A stretch of 63,264 bases of DNA, counting the filler, from Stramenopiles sp. TOSAG23-2 (Eukaryota): assembly GCA_900128395.1 (NCBI GenBank). It is 28 parts of 28 records of this genome, joined end to end, with 100 filler letters (N's around TTAATTAATTAA, not from the genome) between each part and the next. Parts side by side here need not be neighbours in the genome. Positions count along the whole stretch, not along the records: positions 58,866 to 61,015 come from LT651976.1; positions 61,116 to 63,264 come from LT651977.1; 26 more parts are not named here. The stretch is one strand, 5' to 3'. Of this stretch, positions 58,883 through 63,264 are shown in pieces. The position numbers and the translations under genes were made by a program. Position 1 is the first letter of the stretch; each line of letters opens with the position of its first letter. The notes beneath the pieces are model-generated. The model was not told the origin of the DNA, made no database searches, and saw only the letters and a list, made by a program, of their open reading frames with translations.

Positions 58883-59569
58883 GTGAAACGATCTTCTTTG
58901 ATCCAGCAATGTAGAAAGCAATTTGGATGTGGTGATTTTGAACGTGTACGTGATGAAGCATTGGTTGTTGGTTATGTATGTAGAAGAAGTATAAATGAGA
59001 TGTTACTTTCACATTCAGCGAAAAGACTTTATTTATTAATTGAAAGATATCAAAGAGAGTTTCCACGTGGTACAGAGGAAGAAAATCAAATACCAACACC
59101 TATCGTATGTGCATGCGAACACGGACGCATTGATGATGTAGAATTATTTATAAATCTTCATCATTTTCACAAGTATATTACTAATCGTGATGCGAATGGC
59201 TACAGAGATGATATGGCATTGAAAGATATGGTGAGTCAACTCGGTAAAGATAGTTATGGTGGTGAATGGACACCTTTAATGATAGCTGCAGGATACGAAC
59301 ATTTCCACGTCGTTCAATATTTGATTGAACAAGGTGAAGCTGATCCTAATATTGCAAATAGGTATGGAGTGAATGCATTACATTGGGCAGCATGGCAAAA
59401 CAGAACGAATACTGACGTGATTCAGTTCTTGTCAACTCATATGTCTCTTGATAGTATTAATAAGAAGTCCTCGGGATCCACTCCCTTGGAATGGGCATAT
59501 TATAATACTAGTCCAATTAAACAAAAGATCATTGATCTTATACGTTCTAAAGGTGGAAATTTTGGTTGA
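58883..59569 (+). CDS. Ankyrin-repeat protein (start uncertain, near contig edge)
   Basis: TPIVCACEHG, TPLMIAAGYEHFHVVQYLIEQGEADPN, NALHWAA, GSTPLEWA. Confidence 0.85.
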   Translation: MKRSSLIQQCRKQFGCGDFERVRDEALVVGYVCRRSINEMLLSHSAKRLYLLIERYQREFPRGTEEENQIPTPIVCACEHGRIDDVELFINLHHFHKYITNRDANGYRDDMALKDMVSQLGKDSYGGEWTPLMIAAGYEHFHVVQYLIEQGEADPNIANRYGVNALHWAAWQNRTNTDVIQFLSTHMSLDSINKKSSGSTPLEWAYYNTSPIKQKIIDLIRSKGGNFG

Positions 59570-60198
59570 TTTAAAAATTGGTGGTTTTAAATTTTGGGAG
59601 AGAGAGGGAGAAATATATTTAATTACAGAGAATTACATATTCATATATATTAGTATCACGCACGCATTTTGACATTTGTTATATTTGGTTCTTGGTTCGT
59701 ACTTCGTAACATATAATAATCATCAGCAGGGAAGTAAAATTAATTATAACTTGGATTTTAAAACATCATCTGTTATCATATCATATCACATTAAATGTTT
59801 GTCTCAAAAGTATCAAAGTATAATAATAATTATTCTAGACCTAGGACCTCTAATATTTCAGCAGACATTTTATTCTATTTGTTTTGTATATACCTCTCTA
59901 TAAATCTTAACACTACACCATCACAAATATCTCATTTTTTCTATGAATATATATTGTATTTTATTTTTACGAAGAAAAATGTGTGTACTGCTGAGAAAAA
60001 AAACACGTACCAGTATGTACTAATCTAAACACATTTAACCCACCATCGACCATCGAAACACATCTCATAATCTCATGTGTCACAATATTTCATTCAACTC
60101 TCCTAACGTTTTCAAGTCTTTTCACCTGTCTCGTTATATCCTCTCATCATTTTATTTTTTTTACACTCGATAAAGTCACATCCAACACAACATGTATT

Positions 60199-60978
60199 TC
60201 AACCACATAAAAATGAATGTTTCAATGCATCTGCACCTTTCATACGTTGTATTGGTGAATATAATAACAAATGTTGTAATAATTCCATTGCATTCATTTC
60301 ATCTGCATGATATATAAACGGTACATCAATATACCATGAAGGCACATTAACATGAATTCGATTATCACCATCAACATCCATTACATTTGATTGATTACGA
60401 TAATCACTATCAGTATTAACATCATCAATACTATCCTTCTTCTTATTATTATTATTATTAACAATAAACGTATTATTCGTATGATCAAAATATTGTGAAA
60501 ATGAATAATTCAATTCCTCGTATAAATATTCTGTATAACTACTAATAAAATTATTATTTGAATCGAATTTAGTTTCATCCTTTTCTTCTTCTTTATCATC
60601 ATTGTCATTACTAAAAGCAATAGCAGGCGCATCTAAATGCATATCGATTAAATCTTGTTTTGATGGTAAATGATTAAATAATAAAAACATTTTCAATAAA
60701 TGTTCTTCAAATGTCGTGGATGTAATTAAATATTTATCATGACCTAACATCATTTCACCAAACATAATACCAATACTAAACATATCACTTGCTAATACAC
60801 AATAACTACTACCAAGTAATAATTCAGGACTACGATATAATCTTGTACATACAACTGGATTTGATTTTGGATATTGTTTATGTATATTTTCATCAATATT
60901 CTTATTAACACTGTGATCATCATCATGCCCATTATTCATCATATTTGTTCGTAATAACGATGATGATGTTACTAATTG

Positions 60979-61013
<35 letters not shown>

Positions 61014-61015
61014 TT
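60199..61015 (-). CDS. CMGC-group Ser/Thr protein kinase, C-lobe fragment with Asn/Asp-rich inserts
   Basis: VCTRLYRSPELLLG (subdomain VIII), DMFSIGIMFGEM (IX), LLLYSPIQRMKGADALKHSF (XI). Confidence 0.85.
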
Positions 61016-61135
61016 NNNNNNNNNNNNNNNNNNNNNNNNNNNNNNNNNNNNNNNNNNNNTTAATTAATTAANNNNNNNNNNNNNNNNNNNNNNNNNNNNN
61101 NNNNNNNNNNNNNNNATAGTGAACGAAGAAGAAGA

Positions 61136-61453
61136 ATGGATGGAATATTTAGTAATAACGAAAACGGGAATCGTAATAAAAAATTTATCGTATTGGGTAT
61201 TTTAGCCTTATTGCTATTTTTCATGATCAAATCCGCATTGACAACATCATATGAAGACAAAACAAAAGATTATTATAAAAGTATTGGAAGAGATGATATT
61301 GCACATAAAATGTATTCAAAAAAAGATTTAACAGATGAAAAATTACAATTAATTGAAAGATCAAAAGCAAATGAACAAAAAATAATTGAACAAGAAAAAT
61401 TAATCAATGAATTAATGTCCCGTGTTAAAACGTTGGAGGGGAAACATGGTTAA
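61136..61453 (+). CDS. Small single-pass membrane protein with C-terminal coiled coil
   Basis: One TM helix (FIVLGILALLLFFMI) and heptad tail KIIEQEKLINELMSRVKTLE. Confidence 0.55.
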   Translation: MDGIFSNNENGNRNKKFIVLGILALLLFFMIKSALTTSYEDKTKDYYKSIGRDDIAHKMYSKKDLTDEKLQLIERSKANEQKIIEQEKLINELMSRVKTLEGKHG

Positions 61454-62014
61454 GAATAATACGCGTGGTCCTCGTACATGTATGCATAGAAAAGAATTGA
61501 AAAAAAAATATGTGTATATTTATGGATGGGAAAAAGAGAGAAAGGACAGTAAATCATAATACACACGCATACAATGTTTAGTATATTTGGTTTATATATA
61601 TACTCGTATTGTGTGCGTGCGTGTTTTACTTTAGTGTGTGAGGTATGTGTGTGTATTTATAAAAATAAAAAAAGTATCATTACTAAAGTGTTTTTGTATC
61701 ATGAAGATTTGTTGTACAATATCAGTTTATTTAATGTACTGAAAAGTAGAGTGATGTTCAAAATCTAACACAGCGTGGTTAATAATAATTTTATATCTCA
61801 TGAAAAATATTAAACTCAATACTCAAGCTAAGAAAAGGATTTCATCCCCTTACTAAGATCCTACGAATAATTAATAAAAAGCTTTTCTCATATGCACCGC
61901 CGCAAGCTAATACTTTTATCAGTTTATTTTTATATCACTCAGCACGAGTATTTTTACCACACACACATACGCTAAAATATATATACGAATTATATGACCC
62001 ACCACCAGAATCTT

Positions 62015-62428
62015 TTAATCATCATCTTCCTCTTCGTCATCATCACCACTGCTACCACCCCATACTGGGATTTCACCCACCCCTTTTATAGAAAATCCAT
62101 GAGTTTCTGTATAGCTTTCACCTATTTTAACGTTAGTTGCACCATTTCTTGCTTTTGCTTCTTCCATAGCCCAGGATTTAATACTAGTGTCTGGTCTTAC
62201 AGCTAATCCAAAAATACCAAATACCAAACCTGCAAATGCAGTACTCCAATAACCATACTCCCAACTAGCCCATGTTTGATCTGCACCAGGTGCACGATTA
62301 AATAAATTACCACCTGGCTCAGAATGTGGCATGGCACCACCACCCATATTTCTTCTTGATCCACCTTGACTACTAAATTTATTCCTCACACGACGTGTTG
62401 TTGTTCTACTAACAATTGTTCTCAACAT
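62015..62428 (-). CDS. NDUFB11: Mitochondrial complex I accessory subunit ESSS
   Basis: Arg-rich presequence; GNLFN; WASWEYGYW; single TM; RPDTSIKSWAMEEAKAR. Confidence 0.85.
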   Translation of the reverse strand: MLRTIVSRTTTRRVRNKFSSQGGSRRNMGGGAMPHSEPGGNLFNRAPGADQTWASWEYGYWSTAFAGLVFGIFGLAVRPDTSIKSWAMEEAKARNGATNVKIGESYTETHGFSIKGVGEIPVWGGSSGDDDEEEDDD

Positions 62429-62985
62429 CTTCTTTTTTTTTTCCTGTTATATATATATAATATTTATGTTCTTGTATATAAATATATCTATCACTCTACT
62501 ACTAGTATTATATTTACTCAAAAGAGAGAGATTGAATATTGTATCACAAAGATGTTTCCTCTTTGTTCTCTACATTGCCACCGGTCCTCGACGTTGCCAC
62601 TAGTCTGTCTTCTATATTTTAAACGATCTCCTCGCTCCTCTCATTCATTTTTATTATTAGAAATGATTTTAATTTACGATGGCCCCTGAAAATTAAGGGA
62701 AAATTACTGATATAAAATATGATATTTCTGACCATAGCATCTGAGAATATAACAATACCATCTAACAATCTGATTTTCGTTCAGATATTTGTCAGTAAAT
62801 CCAAGAATTCCTTAATATTTATTTTGCTCATCAAGAAAAAATTATTAAGAAAATTTCAATAATGTGACATTATTTGCCGTGGGTCCACTTTGTACTTATA
62901 ATAGTATATCATATACTAAATATATTATTATACCTATCAAATAATATATACAATCGGAATAAGGTCGATCTTGCATACTATATCC

Positions 62986-63264
62986 ATGTATGTGATAGTG
63001 ATGGTATGTACCTAGTAAATAGATCTTAGTAAAGTAATATCATTATCATGCTATGTGTATGTATGTGATAGTGATGGTATGTACCTAGTAAATAGATCTT
63101 AGTACAGTAATATCATTATCATGCTATGTGTATGTATGTGATATTAATGGTATGTACCTAGTAAATAGATCTTAGTATAGTAATATCATTATGATGCTAT
63201 GTGTATGTATATGTGATAGTGATGGTATGTACCTAGTAAATAGATCTTAGTACAGTAATATCAT
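62986..63264. repeat. ~73-bp minisatellite, about 3.8 copies, running off the window end
   Basis: gtgata(g/t)t(g/a)atggtatgtacctagtaaatagatcttagta recurs at 62992, 63065, 63138 and 63213. Confidence 0.93.

Noticed and set aside
786..62689. Numerous short antisense or overlapping ORFs in the six-frame track
   Set aside because: They are shadows of real genes or translations of AT-rich intergenic DNA with I/Y/F/L-biased composition and no motifs.
1..63264. Functional clustering of neighbouring genes (e.g. PDK with lipoyl protein, peroxisomal SDR next to SRL-tagged DegT) as an operon-like system
   Set aside because: The genes lie on separate size-sorted contigs joined by artificial spacers, so adjacency across spacers has no biological meaning.
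62986..63264. CRISPR array
   Set aside because: Units repeat in full with no unique spacers, there are no cas genes, and the context is eukaryotic.

Overview
This window is not a continuous locus. It holds 28 short contigs or scaffolds (about 2174 bp, falling steadily to 2149 bp, so size-sorted) joined by a 100-bp artificial spacer, N44-TTAATTAATTAA-N44, which puts stops in all six frames. Gene order across spacers is meaningless. The DNA is very AT-rich eukaryotic nuclear sequence with the standard code, sparse GT-AG introns and Asn/Lys-rich low-complexity tracts. Gene content suggests a flagellated, probably heterotrophic protist, plausibly a marine stramenopile from a single-cell or metagenome assembly (inference). 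Recognisable genes: GH30 glucanase, Fe-ADH, P2X receptor, eIF1A, V-ATPase H, phage-type organellar RNA polymerase, MSH5, peroxisomal 2,4-dienoyl-CoA reductase, DegT-type PLP enzyme, a lipoyl-domain protein, kinesin, TMEM131-like, RSPH1-like MORN protein, GINS Sld5, Frag1/DRAM-like, PDK, ankyrin protein, CMGC kinase and NDUFB11. No multi-gene novel system can be established from such fragments. The best leads are: (i) a short C-x-x-A-R-G-E-(R)-W-x-W-T-C module shared by two unrelated extracellular or lumenal proteins; (ii) recurrent RRRL putative processing sites, including one between tandem ependymin-like domains; (iii) a phage-tail-like C-terminus on a eukaryotic ORF; (iv) a TIR-bounded non-coding contig and a dispersed fold-back repeat; (v) a PTS1-tagged DegT-family enzyme. 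Many inverted and tandem duplications are probably amplification or assembly artefacts. All family calls come from motif recognition, not database searches.
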